NCBI RefSeq assembly: GCF_036321535.1
Contig: NC_087436.1
Span: 94,862,001-94,926,000, forward strand
DNA length: 64,000 nt
Reading direction: 5' to 3'
Source: Camelus dromedarius
Taxonomy: Eukaryota
This document shows, one piece after another, positions 28,330 through 39,969 of the stretch. How positions within the stretch are numbered: position 1 is the first letter of the stretch; each line of letters opens with the position of its first letter. The position numbers and the translations under genes are program-made. The notes below the pieces were generated by a model. The model had not been told where the DNA came from and did no database searches. It was given only the letters and a program-made list of their open reading frames with translations.

Positions 28330-28850
28330 TATACATGGTTGCTGGGAGTATTTCTTAAAGTTAAATTACACATACCCTTTAAGCTAGAAATTCCAGTTCC
28401 TGGAATTTAGCACCTGTTATACTTTTATATATGCAAATGACATATCTATGTAGGATATTCATTTAGTGCTATTCATAATAGCAGAAGATTGGAAGCATGG
28501 AAGCATCTTTATATTTTATCAATGGAAAGTGATTATGATATATGTGTAAAATGGGATATTTAAATAGCCTTAAAAGAATGAGGTGTTCTATATCTACAGA
28601 TAAGGAACAGATTGCTAAAATATATTGAATGATGAAATCAAGGTGTGTATTTTTATGCACACATTTTCAGTATGTATAGAATATCTCTTAAGGGATATAT
28701 GTACATTAGACTGTTCGCATTGTTTGCATCTAGAGAGAGAAACTGGGTACTCTAGGGGGCAGAGGTGGGAGAGAATTTCCTTTCACTGCTTACTCTTGTG
28801 CCTTTTGAATTTTGGACCATGGACATATATTCTGTATCAGTTTAAAATGT
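28330..28850 (+). mobile_element. Old L1ME-type 3' fragment
   Basis: gaaattccagttcctggaatttag...ttcataatagcagaagattggaagc...ttttgaattttggaccatg. Confidence 0.55.
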
Positions 28851-28932
28851 TACATGAATATTTAAAGTGGCAGTATTTGAACAACTGTTATTTTGTTTTC
28901 ATCCCATCCCATTGCTTCTCAACGTGGGTCAG

Positions 28933-29024
28933 CTGGAGCAGTCCACTCAGTAAGCATGAAACACGCTGTCCTCATGGATGAGGTCGATGGCATGGCAGGC
29001 AGTGAGGACAGGGGAGGAATTCAG
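28933..29024 (+). CDS. RFC1: RFC1 coding exon (exon 16 eq.), 92 nt, Walker B
   Basis: ggtcag|CT GGA...CAG|gtaatg; TGAVHSVSMKHAVLMDEVDGMAGSEDRGGIQ. Confidence 0.95.
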
Positions 29025-29220
29025 GTAATGAAATTTTTGCAGTTTTACTCTTGATTTTTAGGTTTAAAAAAAAATTTAAAGGACTAATTATTATGCTGTG
29101 GTATTGATAGCAATTAAGGCATGTTGCTGAGGAGGTTTTAAAACCTAAGATACATACATTGTTTGGTATTTTGTTGTTGTTTTTAGATAATTATTTCTGT
29201 GTTGCAAATTTTCCTTTCAG

Positions 29221-29358
29221 GAATTAATTGCCCTAATAAAACATACAAAAATTCCTATTATTTGTATGTGCAATGATAGAAATCATCCCAAGATTCGCTC
29301 TTTGGTTCATTATTGTTTTGATCTTCGTTTTCAAAGACCTCGGGTTGAGCAGATTAAG
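29221..29358 (+). CDS. RFC1: RFC1 coding exon (exon 17 eq.), 138 nt
   Basis: tttcag|GAA...AAG|gtatga; ELIALIKHTKIPIICMCNDRNHPKIRSLVHYCFDLRFQRPRVEQIK. Confidence 0.97.
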
Positions 29359-29507
29359 GTATGATGATTGGAATTTTTTTCTCCATCACACTATCCTATA
29401 TATTCTTGGATCAGTTTTTTAAAGTATCTGATAAAGATTTTTAAAAATCTGATTATATGAATTAAAAAAACATCAGTGACAATTCATTCCCCTTTGTCAA
29501 ATTTCAG

Positions 29508-29603
29508 GGTGCTATGATGTCTATTGCATTTAAAGAGGGTTTAAAGATCCCTCCTCCAGCTATGAATGAAATAATTTTGGGAGCTAATCAAGATATCAGA
29601 CAG
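29508..29603 (+). CDS. RFC1: RFC1 coding exon (exon 18 eq.), 96 nt
   Basis: tttcag|GGT...CAG|gtaaat; GAMMSIAFKEGLKIPPPAMNEIILGANQDIRQ. Confidence 0.97.
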
Positions 29604-29726
29604 GTAAATTAAATATATATTACGTAACAGTTGATGATTCTGTTGAATTGATGCCTTCAGTGTTTTGGGGACAAGGAGTGGCAATATTTTCCCATCTTTA
29701 CAGTGTTGTATTTGTGGTTCTTTTAG

Positions 29727-29825
29727 GTTTTACACAATCTGAGTATGTGGTGTGCACGAAGTAAGGCACTAACTTACGACCAGGCCAAGGCTGATTCTCA
29801 CAGAGCCAAAAAGGATATCAAACTG
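29727..29825 (+). CDS. RFC1: RFC1 coding exon (exon 19 eq.), 99 nt
   Basis: ttttag|GTT...CTG|gtaaaa; VLHNLSMWCARSKALTYDQAKADSHRAKKDIKL. Confidence 0.97.
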
Positions 29826-30304
29826 GTAAAACAAATTTACATTCTTAGTTTGAAGAACTCTTAGCCAAAGAACTTCTTGTCCTGTCAGTATTAATTCAAT
29901 AGAAACAGTTATTATTGTTCTTTGATATACCTGTAGAACCTGTGGATATTTGTAGTAAGAGATATAGGCAGCTGCTCAAATAGCTTCTAATTCAAATGAA
30001 TTTTTCTTTAATGACTGTCATTGTAATTGTAAGTTTTGAGGAAAGGAAGTTTCAAATTATACTCATGCCCCAATAGTTATAAAATGGCCTTTTCAGAGTC
30101 CCTTACGTATGGATTACATGTTTTGAATGGTTTTGCAACTGTTCAGAATAATCTTGTTTCAAATGGTTTATAGTTTAATGACCTCTCTCAGACTGGAGTT
30201 GAGGTCGGTATCAATTATCCCTGTGTTCTGATTCACCTAGTCACCAGTCATGTTTTATTATTACAGTTAGGGCAATGATTAAACAGTGCTCCCCCCCCCC
30301 TTTT

Positions 30305-30983
30305 AAAAAAATTAATCAACATTTTTAGAGCCATTTTAGGTTTACAGCGAAATTGAGATTTCCTATTCATCCTCTGTCCTAGATTAATATAATGCCCCCC
30401 ACTATCAACATCCCCCACCAAAAGGGTACACTTATAGGTACGTTGATGTTCATCCCTCCCTTCCTCCAACCCCTGGCAACCACTAATCTTTTTACTGTCT
30501 CCATAGCTTCACCTTTTTCAGAATGTCATATAGTTGGAACCATACAGTATGTAGCCTTTTGAGAGTGGCTTCTTTCATTTAGACGTGTACGTTTAAGTTT
30601 TCTCCATCCCTTTTCATGGCTTTATAATGTTTCTTTTTAGTGCTAATAGTCCGGTGTCTGGATGTACCATTCATTCACCTATTAAAGGGTATCTTGATTG
30701 CTCCCAAGTTTTGGCAGTTTTGAATAAAGCTGCTATAACCAGTCATGTGCAGGTTTTTTGTGTGGATATTTTCAGTTCATTTGGGTAAATACCAAGGAGC
30801 ATAGGTGCTGGATTGTATGGTAAGAGGATACTTAGTTTTGTAAGAAACTGTTGATCTGTCTTCCAAAGTGACTGTACCATCTTGCATTCCTACCAGCAAT
30901 GAAAGAGAGTTTCTGTTGCTCCACGTGTGAGCCAGCCCTTGTTGTTGTCAGTGTTTTGGATATTGGCCATCTACTAGGTATGT
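30305..30983 (-). mobile_element. Old L1M 3' fragment (antisense) ending just before RFC1 exon 20
   Basis: cccctggcaaccactaatcttttt...gggtaaataccaaggagc...gcattcctaccagcaatgaaagagagtttctgttgctccac. Confidence 0.8.
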
Positions 30984-30999
30984 CCCTCTCTCTTTTTAG

Positions 31000-31154
31000 G
31001 GCCCATTTGATGTTGCCCGGAAAGTGTTTGCAGCTGGAGAGGAGACTGCTCATATGTCACTTATGGACAAATCAGATCTCTTTTTTCATGATTATTCAAT
31101 AGCACCCCTCTTTGTCCAGGAGAACTACATACACGTGAAGCCCGTAGCTGCAGG
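31000..31154 (+). CDS. RFC1: RFC1 coding exon (exon 20 eq.), 155 nt
   Basis: ttttag|GGC CCA...GCA GG|gtgagt; GPFDVARKVFAAGEETAHMSLMDKSDLFFHDYSIAPLFVQENYIHVKPVAA. Confidence 0.97.
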
Positions 31155-31279
31155 GTGAGTGTTCAGAGCTAGTGAGGGGTAGAATTAGTACCCTCCCAGT
31201 ACCTTGAAGGCCAGATACCTGGCGAGGAGGGGTGTGGAGTGTGGACAGTGGTGTAACCCAGACCGGTTTATTCCCGCAG

Positions 31280-31397
31280 GGGTGACATGAAAAAGCACTT
31301 GATGCTTTTAAGCAGAGCAGCAGATAGCATATGTGATGGTGACCTAGTGGACCGGCAGATCCGGAATAAGCAGAACTGGAGTCTTCTGCCCACACAG
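31280..31397 (+). CDS. RFC1: RFC1 coding exon (exon 21 eq.), 118 nt
   Basis: ccgcag|G GGT...CAG|gtaggc; GDMKKHLMLLSRAADSICDGDLVDRQIRNKQNWSLLPTQ. Confidence 0.97.
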
Positions 31398-32817
31398 GTA
31401 GGCTTAGGGCTCTCCTTAAAGTGCAGACTCTGCTTTAGTTAATGAGAACAAACTAGCTCTTAGCTCCTATAGTTATTTGAAATGTCAGAACATTATGGCT
31501 CTTAATGGCAAAAATACAATCTGTTATAGATTTAAATACTGTATGGTTGCTATTGTCTGTTTCTTAATCTAGTCCTGTTTTTCAGTGTTTTTATGTAAAT
31601 GGACTTACAGAAATGGGAATGTTGGATTTTGGTTATAACTAAGATGTGAGTCAAACGTTTCATTTGCTCTGTTTTACCTTAAGAATCCATTTCTTTTTTT
31701 GGTCATTCTTGGCCTCCCAGGTTGTTACTAAGTAGCTCATCCTTGAAGAAATGTAGCCAGGGCAGGTCAACAGTCACTTTTCTAATAATAAATTGATTAT
31801 TCTGATTTTCTTTATTCTTCCTTGCTAAAGAGGCAGCTTTATATTTTATATTTTTTACTTTATATTGAATACTTAATCTAGGTTGATACCTTTTACTCAA
31901 AACAGAGTTTTGCAAACTTTCATAATTAACTCTGAATTCTGAGTTCTGTACATTTATGTAGTAGTATTGACCTGAGTGACAGGCAAGGGACTTCTGGAAG
32001 GCCCATTCTTCTCTTAAAGAGTCCTTTCTCCTATGTTTTAAAAGTGTTTATTTTTTTAATACCTAATAATTATACCTATGAGAATTTATTCCAAAGAAAT
32101 AATGTGAAACACAGGAAAAGCTTAATGTGCAAAAAGTCTTCCTTAAAGCATTCATTCTGATAGCAAGAAATGGGAGAAAATTTCCATGCTTAGCAGTAGG
32201 AGTATGATTAATTATGGTAAATCCTCTTGATGGAACATTTTGCAGCCTTTAAAATTATTTGTAAAGATGATCTAATATAAAAATACTTACGAGAGAATAT
32301 TATTAAAGCAGGATACGAAATTCATGTGTCATTCCAGCCTTTAAAAAAGTGGAAACCCTGGATATAGAGGATATCCAAGGATACCCTTAAAAAAACTTTT
32401 CTTAAGTTCCAGTTTACTTGATTCTCTATTTGATTTTCCATACTTTGATCCAACTCTTCTATCAACAGCTTATGTTAAAGACAGTCATATTCCTCTTGAA
32501 GTCTCTTCTGTGACATTGGCATTGAGAAGTAACTAGTGTATGTTGGGATCAGTTGGCTGAGGAGGCTGAGTTGGCAAGATGATCTCTGAGGGCCATGACA
32601 TATTTTGGACCAAGGCGTTTACTGCAATTAGTTATTTTCTCAGGTCGAAATTTCCCATACCCACAGATCAGAGACGGAGGGAAGGGGCCTGACTACCCTG
32701 GAATTAGTACTGGGGCAGTGTTGCTTCAGTTTCCAGAGATTGCTTGGAGGTGAACAGCTGCTAAAGAAGCTACTTTTGTACTGAATTTGAATTGTGGACT
32801 GCAATTAATTTTTTCAG

Positions 32818-32963
32818 GCCATTTATGCCAGTGTTCTTCCTGGAGAGTTAATGAGAGGGTACATGACCCAGTTTCCCACCTTTCCAAGCTGGTTGGGGAG
32901 GCACTCATCTATGGGCAAACATGATCGTATTGTTCAGGACCTAGCACTGCATATGAGTCTCAG
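32818..32963 (+). CDS. RFC1: RFC1 coding exon (exon 22 eq.), 146 nt
   Basis: tttcag|GCC...CTC AG|gtaagt; AIYASVLPGELMRGYMTQFPTFPSWLGRHSSMGKHDRIVQDLALHMSL. Confidence 0.97.
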
Positions 32964-33559
32964 GTAAGTGGTTTTACATCACGTCTGGCATTTTGTTAGT
33001 GTGGTATGTTTAGTCTTTCATACAGATAGCATGAGTCACAAAGATTTGTTGTTTTGGTTTTATTGCAAATTAGATAAATGATCATAGATAGTTCCTTATA
33101 TTTTGTGGGCCTCAGTTTTATTATCTGTAATTGGTATAACACTTGTTTGATCACTTAAAAGGGTACTTTGGGTAATAAAGCCAGACAGTGATGTGCCGTA
33201 ACTTTACATTTTAAAGCTGTATAAATCTGAGGTAGTGCTATTATTTATTGTTATTGTGACTATGCCTGTTACTAGTAGGCATACGTAATATCTTGATTTA
33301 CAAATAACTTAATAGGAAAAAAGGGAATTATTTAAATAAACGAACTAGTTTTTACCTCCTATTCTAATAGTAAACTGACTTAGTCATTTGGAATAGGGGA
33401 TACAGTTTCACGTATAACAGAAGGTGGATACTCAGATGATTGAAAACCAGTGTGCTTAGAGAAGTTTAAGGAAGTTCAAAAATTCTTATTATTTGGTAAA
33501 ATTTTGTTAAAGCTTAGAAACTTAGAAATGTGTGTACCCAAATATTAAGTGAACTTCAG

Positions 33560-33605
33560 TTATTCATTTTTAACCATGAAGATTATTCATTTTTAACCAT
33601 GAAGA
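33560..33605 (+). repeat. Perfect 2 x 23 bp tandem duplication
   Basis: ttattcatttttaaccatgaaga repeated twice exactly. Confidence 0.9.
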
Positions 33606-33794
33606 ACTACTTGAGCAATCTTATTTCCCTTTCTGATCCCTGGAGAGAATATTGGTTCACCCTTAACTTTTGGTTAAAACTGAACTGAGATAGTTCCATT
33701 CTTCTGTTCCTGTAGAATTCTACTTACTACTGTGTTCCCTCTTCATAGCCTATGGCATAGGGCTTTTTTTTTTTTTTTTTTTTTTTTTGCCACC

Positions 33795-34065
33795 CTTGTA
33801 TTAGTTTCCTTTTGCTGCTGTAACAAATTAGCAAAACTTAATGGCTTAAAACAACACAAATTTTTTCCCCTCTTGACATTTTGGATTATCTGGTTGGGCT
33901 CAATGTAATTATAAGGGTCTTTACAAAAAAAAAAAAAGGAGTTGGAGGCAGCAGAGTCCATCAGAGACAGAGATTTGAAGATGCTACACTTCCACTACCA
34001 GCACTGAAGATGGAAAAAGGGACCATCGGCCAAGAGATGTAGGCAGCCTCTAGAAGCTGTAAAGG
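33795..34065. mobile_element. MLT1 (MaLR) LTR fragments
   Basis: tgtattagtttccttttgctgctgtaacaaatta...tggcttaaaacaacacaaatt and gatgtaggcagcctctagaagctg. Confidence 0.65.
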
Positions 34066-34386
34066 GCTCTTTTCCCCATTGCTCTTCTCATTGTTCAGGC
34101 TGAAGGCTTACCTCTCAGCGCTTTTCCTATTCCTTGCCCACCATTTTTTAAAAGATGATGCATCACTGTGCCCCAGGGGTATCCCCTTTGATGCTCCCAC
34201 TATATTCGTGCAGATATATTGCTGTGTATCCATTGGCCTCGTAGTGCTATGCTAAGTTTCCTTACACCAGCTGTTAAATAGTAGGCATTCTATTGAGCAT
34301 TATTAAAAGTGGATTAAACTCCAGCAAACTGAGTTGGTGGTAGTTTTTCATTGACTACAGGTATATCTCTCTTGTTTTGGTTTAAG

Positions 34387-34600
34387 AACTTACTCCAGCA
34401 AAAGGACTGTAAACGTGGATTATCTGTCACATATAAGGGATGCACTTGTACAGCCCTTGACCTCACAAGGGATAGAAGGAGTACAGGATGTTGTTGCTCT
34501 TATGGACGCATATTATTTGATGAAAGAAGACTTTGAGAATATCATGGAAATTAGCAGCTGGGGAGGCAGACCTAGTCCCTTCTCCAAGCTGGATCCCAAG
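34387..34600 (+). CDS. RFC1: RFC1 coding exon (exon 23 eq.), 214 nt
   Basis: tttaag|A ACT...AAG|gtaaat; TYSSKRTVNVDYLSHIRDALVQPLTSQG...SWGGRPSPFSKLDPK. Confidence 0.97.
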
Positions 34601-35374
34601 GTAAATTGTATATCCACTGGGTCTCCAATACTTTGTAATTACCATGTACTAGGAGTACTTCAGAGATGTTTTAGATACTTTTAAAAGTTTAATTTTTTTT
34701 CACTTAAATGCTTTTTGCTTATGGTGTATGCTTTCCAAAGAGACTATTTGAGTATAATATTAAAAGTAGACTTCTGGATTTGACTTTAAAATTTGTAGTT
34801 TTATCTTTGCTTTATGTTGAGTGGAAAAGCAAGGTGTGAAATCTGAGGAGCAAATATAAATGTATTCCTTATAAGGATGAGCAGATGAGCCGGGGGAAGT
34901 AAAAGTGAGATGATGGTAATGCATTATGAAAAGAAAGAAGTGTTTACAGGCTGGGCATTTTTATACTTTTTCTTAATCTGCCTAATCTGTGGATTCAGTG
35001 TATTTGTTACAGTTGGATGATCTATTATGTAATAATGTTTTCCCTGATGTATATAATGAGCATGAAAAAATTCAAATGACAGCATGAGTTTGTAATATCT
35101 AGTACCCTACCTTTGTGCCTGTTTATTTGGTGCTGTTCTAGAAGACATGTTCTCTGTGGCTTGCCTCCTCGAGAATTTTGACGTGACTTAATGGCTATGG
35201 GTAAATTCTCACAAGAGACATCCATTGTTAGAATTTGTGGACTAATTCTACAGTTAGGTTTACATGTTTGAAGCTAAGGGTTTTCAAGTTACTTAGTACT
35301 TTTAAATAACCTAAATTTCTACGGTAAAGCGAATCTATATATTTTGTGGTAATTAAAGGCCAACTTTAACTTGC

Positions 35375-35416
35375 ACCTTATTGTAAGCCTTTTTTACCTT
35401 ATTGTAAGCCTTTTTT
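35375..35416 (+). repeat. Perfect 2 x 21 bp tandem duplication
   Basis: accttattgtaagcctttttt repeated twice exactly. Confidence 0.9.
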
Positions 35417-35754
35417 GATTTATTGGTTCACTAACTTCGCTTATCACTTTGTAGAACTGCAGAGCACTGAATAGATAAAAACGATGACTTAACATGACTT
35501 TAAAAAACCTGCTTAATGTTCCCAAATACTGATTATCTTTTTGATTTATGGGCTCTATTTAGAATGTCATGAAAAATGTGGAACTTCTCCACAGAAAAAG
35601 GCACATACATGCACATTTACGTGTACATGCATACATATTTTACGAACAATTTCAAGGGGTTCCCAGGCTCTCTCAAACCTTTAGGCCTACAGAGTTGAAC
35701 AGAATTGTTTGGCACTTAACATTTTAAAAAACCTTCTCTATTCTTTTTGTGTAG

Positions 35755-35946
35755 GTGAAAGCAGCCTTCACAAGAGCTTACAATAAGGAAGTCCACCTTA
35801 CTCCATATTCACTTCAGGTAGTAAAGACACACAGACTCAGCACAGGCCCAGCACTGGATTCTGAATACAACGAAGAGTTAAATGAAGATGACTCTCAATC
35901 TGATGAGAAAGACCAGGACACTTTGGAAACTGATGCTATGATCAAG
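35755..35946 (+). CDS. RFC1: RFC1 coding exon (exon 24 eq.), 192 nt
   Basis: gtgtag|GTG...AAG|gtagtg; VKAAFTRAYNKEVHLTPYSLQ...DQDTLETDAMIK. Confidence 0.97.
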
Positions 35947-36963
35947 GTAGTGTTTTAATCTACAAATAGGAGAAGCTGTGATGCTCCCTCAAAGTGGCTT
36001 ACCTTTTCTTGTGTATGACTTGCCTTTAGAAATTATTCAGGGCCTGTTTAGCAAGTAGCAGAGGAAGCTGAAAATGCTTTTTAAAGTTTTTTTGGTTCGT
36101 CACAGTTCCGAGGGTGAGTTATAGATTTCATTTATATGAACAGTCTGCTTATAATAGTGGAAGAGCCAAACTGCAAGAAAACAGGCCATCATATTGGTGG
36201 TTATATGCTCTGTTAGGAGAAGGGCCATTTTGTTTGCCATTGGTGTATGCTTTACCCACAGACACACATTTTCACAGCATAATCAAGAAAAGCATTTTAA
36301 ATTGAACCATTTCTCCCTTCTGTTATTTGTGGGGTTTTGCTGTATCCATTGAACTGCCTGTAGAAATTTCTCAGAGCAAAACATCCATATCTTCTTCTAG
36401 GAAGGATTAAAATCATTTGTGGTGTCAGGCCATGTTACTGGTGGTTGAGGCAAAGGAATCCAGCTTGTATCCCCGTCTGTCCTTAGTGTGTGTGCACAGC
36501 ATTCTTGCCCTGTTGTATATGCGCAGGGGTGGGAATAGCGGTCTTCTCCAGGGTGGCTCTTGCTAATCTTGTGTAGACATAAGAAGCCCGCCTTTCTCCC
36601 CTGCTCTAATCTGAAACTGAAAGAAAAGGAAATGCTTCATGAAAACATTACCCTATTTGTAAATTATCTCTTGCTTATTTTGTCTTTCCTAATTTACCTG
36701 TGTTGTAAGTCCAAGAAACTGCACAGCAGGGAAGATGTTTTAGTTCTAGAGCCTGAGTAGCTTCTCAGTAGTTAAAGGCTGAGCTAGCCCAGCTGTTGCT
36801 GGTGGGCTCATGAGGAGTAGCGGGAGTTCAAAATCTAGATGTTTGCAACCTTTCTTCTTTATTACGTGGTAGGTAAAGATTGGGTTTATTGAACAGATGA
36901 ACTTACTTCATTTACTCATAAACACAGCTGTTTACTATTCTGTGCATCTTTCCTTCCCAACAG

Positions 36964-37047
36964 AAAAAGACAAAATCTTCAAAGCCTTCAAAATCAGAAA
37001 AAGATAAGGAATCCAGAAAAGGAAAAGGAAAAAATTCAAAGAAGTGA
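36964..37047 (+). CDS. RFC1: RFC1 last coding exon segment (exon 25 eq.) with TGA stop
   Basis: caacag|AAA AAG ACA...AAG AAG TGA; KKTKSSKPSKSEKDKESRKGKGKNSKK*. Confidence 0.96.
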   Translation, partial: KKTKSSKPSKSEKDKESRKGKGKNSKK

Positions 37048-37492
37048 AACCGTTTTTCACTACTGACAGCAACCTTTACTCACCCTGCTGACCAGTCTAG
37101 CTGGTCTGGAGACGCCTTGCTTTTTCCAAAGGAACCATGTTTTAGCACAATGGGGCCACCTCATGGTCCCATTATAAACAAACGGAGGTACAGCCAGAAG
37201 GATGTTGTAACCAGTAGGCTGATGTGCACCTCTTATAGAGGTTGATACGACTGCTTGGGTCCCCCACTGTCCCCTGTCAATCTAATAAGATTGTACTTCA
37301 AAATGACTGTGCACTCAGAGTCAGAACCTACATGTGGGCTTCGAAGTCAGATTTTAATTAACAGTAACATGTCTGGGAACAGTGATACTAAAGCAGCTTT
37401 TGTAGGCTTAAGAATTTATCCTAATGGCCATTATAGGACCAATGCTGATTTTTTAAAAAAAGGTAGTTCCTATTACGTGGTGAAATGTTGTA

Positions 37493-37647
37493 AATAAATC
37501 ATAATACAAAACAATCACCACCTAGAACTGGGTATTCTTTGTATACTGTCAAATATCTTGCAAAATATAAATTAGGAATAAAAATGTTCCACATACATAA
37601 AAATGATACATGTACAAATTCTTAAGATTGTCATCTTGTACAGTAAA
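37493..37647 (+). terminator. RFC1: Candidate RFC1 polyadenylation signals
   Basis: AATAAA at 37493 and 37577. AGTAAA at 37642 has nearby TGTA motifs and T/GT-rich downstream sequence. The site actually used cannot be determined from sequence. Confidence 0.55.
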
Positions 37648-39654
37648 ATATTATGTTGGTATATTTTTTCCTTATTAATTTGCAAATGAGTAGATAAGAA
37701 AGCTAACTATATTCCTACTAACCTGTTGTGTGAAACATAACTTTGGCATTTGAAGAGTGAGAGCTCTAATTCCCAACTTGCCCTCTGTGTCAGCCACATC
37801 TCTGCTATGAACGGAGTTTCACGGAGAGGACTTTTTGTTATCAGAAGGTATGGTGGCTGCAGAAAGACTGTCAGGCATGCTTATCCTCCCAGAGTCTCCG
37901 CTTGTCAGTTTCAAACTGGTAGGGCTTAGGCTGGGACGGATCTTACCTTGCTCTGGTTTGGGACAAAAAGAACACTGGTTTTGGGCTACTTTGACCCTGG
38001 GAGATCCAGTTCTGTCCTGACAGATTCCACAGACCCTACTGGAACTTTAGATTTTACCTGTGACTGTACTGTTGAGAGGCCCCTGAGGCTGTGGAGCTAG
38101 CCTGGGATTTGGGTGTCTAGCAATTTTTCAATCCGTAGTTTTGTCAGTAAATGTTCAGCAGTATGTGTGACTTCTTTGAGATATGTGCTAAAAGGAATGT
38201 AAAATCAGTATTCTCTTCCGGGCCTTTAAGGAACCGATAGTCTTGTTTGGGAGGTGAGACAGTTCTTGAGACATTTAAAGTGTACTTACCAGTGTGAAAA
38301 ATGTCTTTCCTGTAGATCAGTGTTCATTTTGGGAGTAAAACATTGCGTTAAGCCTTTGCCGACTGAGCCACGTCCTTCTTTTTGTTAAAGCACCGCCTGA
38401 ACTTGGTTCAGTGAAGATTTCCTTGATTGGTGACTGCTTCACCTCACCAAGGAGGTGAGCATAAATTTCTTATGCATATTCTTCCATTTCTGTTGCTTTT
38501 GGATATGAAAGTCATATCTGCCTACTTTGCTGTGTGCTCCTCAGGAAAGGGACTGTAATCTCCTTGCAGCCAGAACAACAGACAGTGTCCTTTACTTGTA
38601 CATTATGATTTGGAGCTACGGAATGCCACAAAGCATCTCTGTAGCAGAAAAACTGTTACAGACTGCTAAATCCAAAAAAAAATCAAGTATACAAACTACT
38701 ACTGTATAACCACTACTGTTCATCCTTCATCTTTTAAGTTTTGGCAGTCTTTTATTTGCAGCACCATCATTTGGCCTCTTGAAATTATTAACAAGGAGCA
38801 CATTGTTGTACGTACTTGGAGGAGTATCTTCCTGTGTAAGTTCTGGAACATTATGCTCATTAGTGAGTGTCTGAGACCCATAACTCCCCAAATATAATGC
38901 GCTTACCCCCACAGATCCCAAGTGCCTGTGGCTCTTATTATTCCTGTAACCTTACAACATCCCTCCAGTGATAATGGAAAACAAGGGGACTAAGGGTAAA
39001 TTTAATGATAATGACTTGTATTATCACTTAGAAAGGCCAAGGCCTCTAGCCAGCCTTTGGGAGGGAAGAACAGATCGTAAAGCTGGAGGCATCATGCATA
39101 TGGATACTTGGATGCTATAAAATATATTGGCACTTCGGATTGTACCCTAGGCTCCTAGGTACCTCTGTAATGCTTGCGAAGCTGATGGCTGTACTGTACA
39201 GTCATATCATCTGATACAGTCAGAGCTAGGCTACGTGACTCTGTCAGCTGCTCAGACTTTGGTACATTGGCTTTGCATGGCAAAGAAGCATATACTGATA
39301 TGTGTAGTATGGGGTGTGTGGTACAGGGAGGGAACCCTCCAGCCACTTTGGAGATTTTGATTAATGTACATCTTCAGAGGAAGTCAAATGATTTAATTTT
39401 GTGACAGGAATTCCATAATATGCAGTATAATGACTCAAGAGACATAAGCTTATAGTTTCATTCATTCTTTCAAATGCTGATGTTACTGATTTTTGATGTT
39501 TTTATTCTAGGACTGATTCTGCTAAATAGCCTTGATTTGTGTAAGCCCTCTCATTTCAGACTTTTTAACACTGTTAACATCTGTGTTGTCTCACCTTCAC
39601 AATATGGTTCAAAGCCACCTTCCTTTTTGTCTTTAAATCTGGGAAAACATTACA

Positions 39655-39969
39655 AACATCTAATCAGTAAGTTTATTTTAAAGGAGATATTTCAAAATAT
39701 AAAAGTTATCAAAAAGCTGAATATTTACAATTGTGTCATAGTAACAGTGCAGAGTGTAGCATATGTATGACTCAGAAGAGGAAATATACAAAGTATAATA
39801 AACAGCATGTTATATGTCTCTGTTTGCCACTCTACAGAAGTTAAAGTGGTGACCTGGAAAGGTCGCCTTTGTTTTGTTTTCTGTATCCAGGAAGGACCAT
39901 CTCTAAATCTACCATGGGTAGAAACACAGCCTTCTGTGGAAAAATGCTATCTTCTCAGGAACATTACAC
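39655..39969 (-). other. WDR19: WDR19 non-coding terminal exon (3' UTR)
   Basis: Strong minus-strand acceptor (long T tract then gtcatttctag|GTGTAATG at 39970) and AATAAA at 39672-39677. Resembles the human WDR19 last exon as recalled; lower boundary approximate. Confidence 0.8.
39672..39677 (-). terminator. WDR19: WDR19 polyadenylation signal AATAAA
   Basis: Plus-strand tttatt at the end of the terminal exon; GT/T-rich sequence follows on the minus strand. Confidence 0.75.

Larger units (their letters stand above)
1..37660 (+). other. RFC1: RFC1 gene body (5'-partial: starts inside the intron before the exon-5 equivalent, runs to the 3' UTR)
   Basis: 21 GT-AG exons splice into one frame matching RFC1 as recalled, from DEEDDFVCKK to KGKNSKK*. 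The 3' end is approximate, taken from poly(A) signals. Confidence 0.97.

Noticed and set aside
8378..37047. RFC1 as a pseudogene or degraded duplicate
   Set aside because: All 21 exons keep frame, phase and GT-AG sites, catalytic motifs are intact, and WDR19 synteny is preserved.
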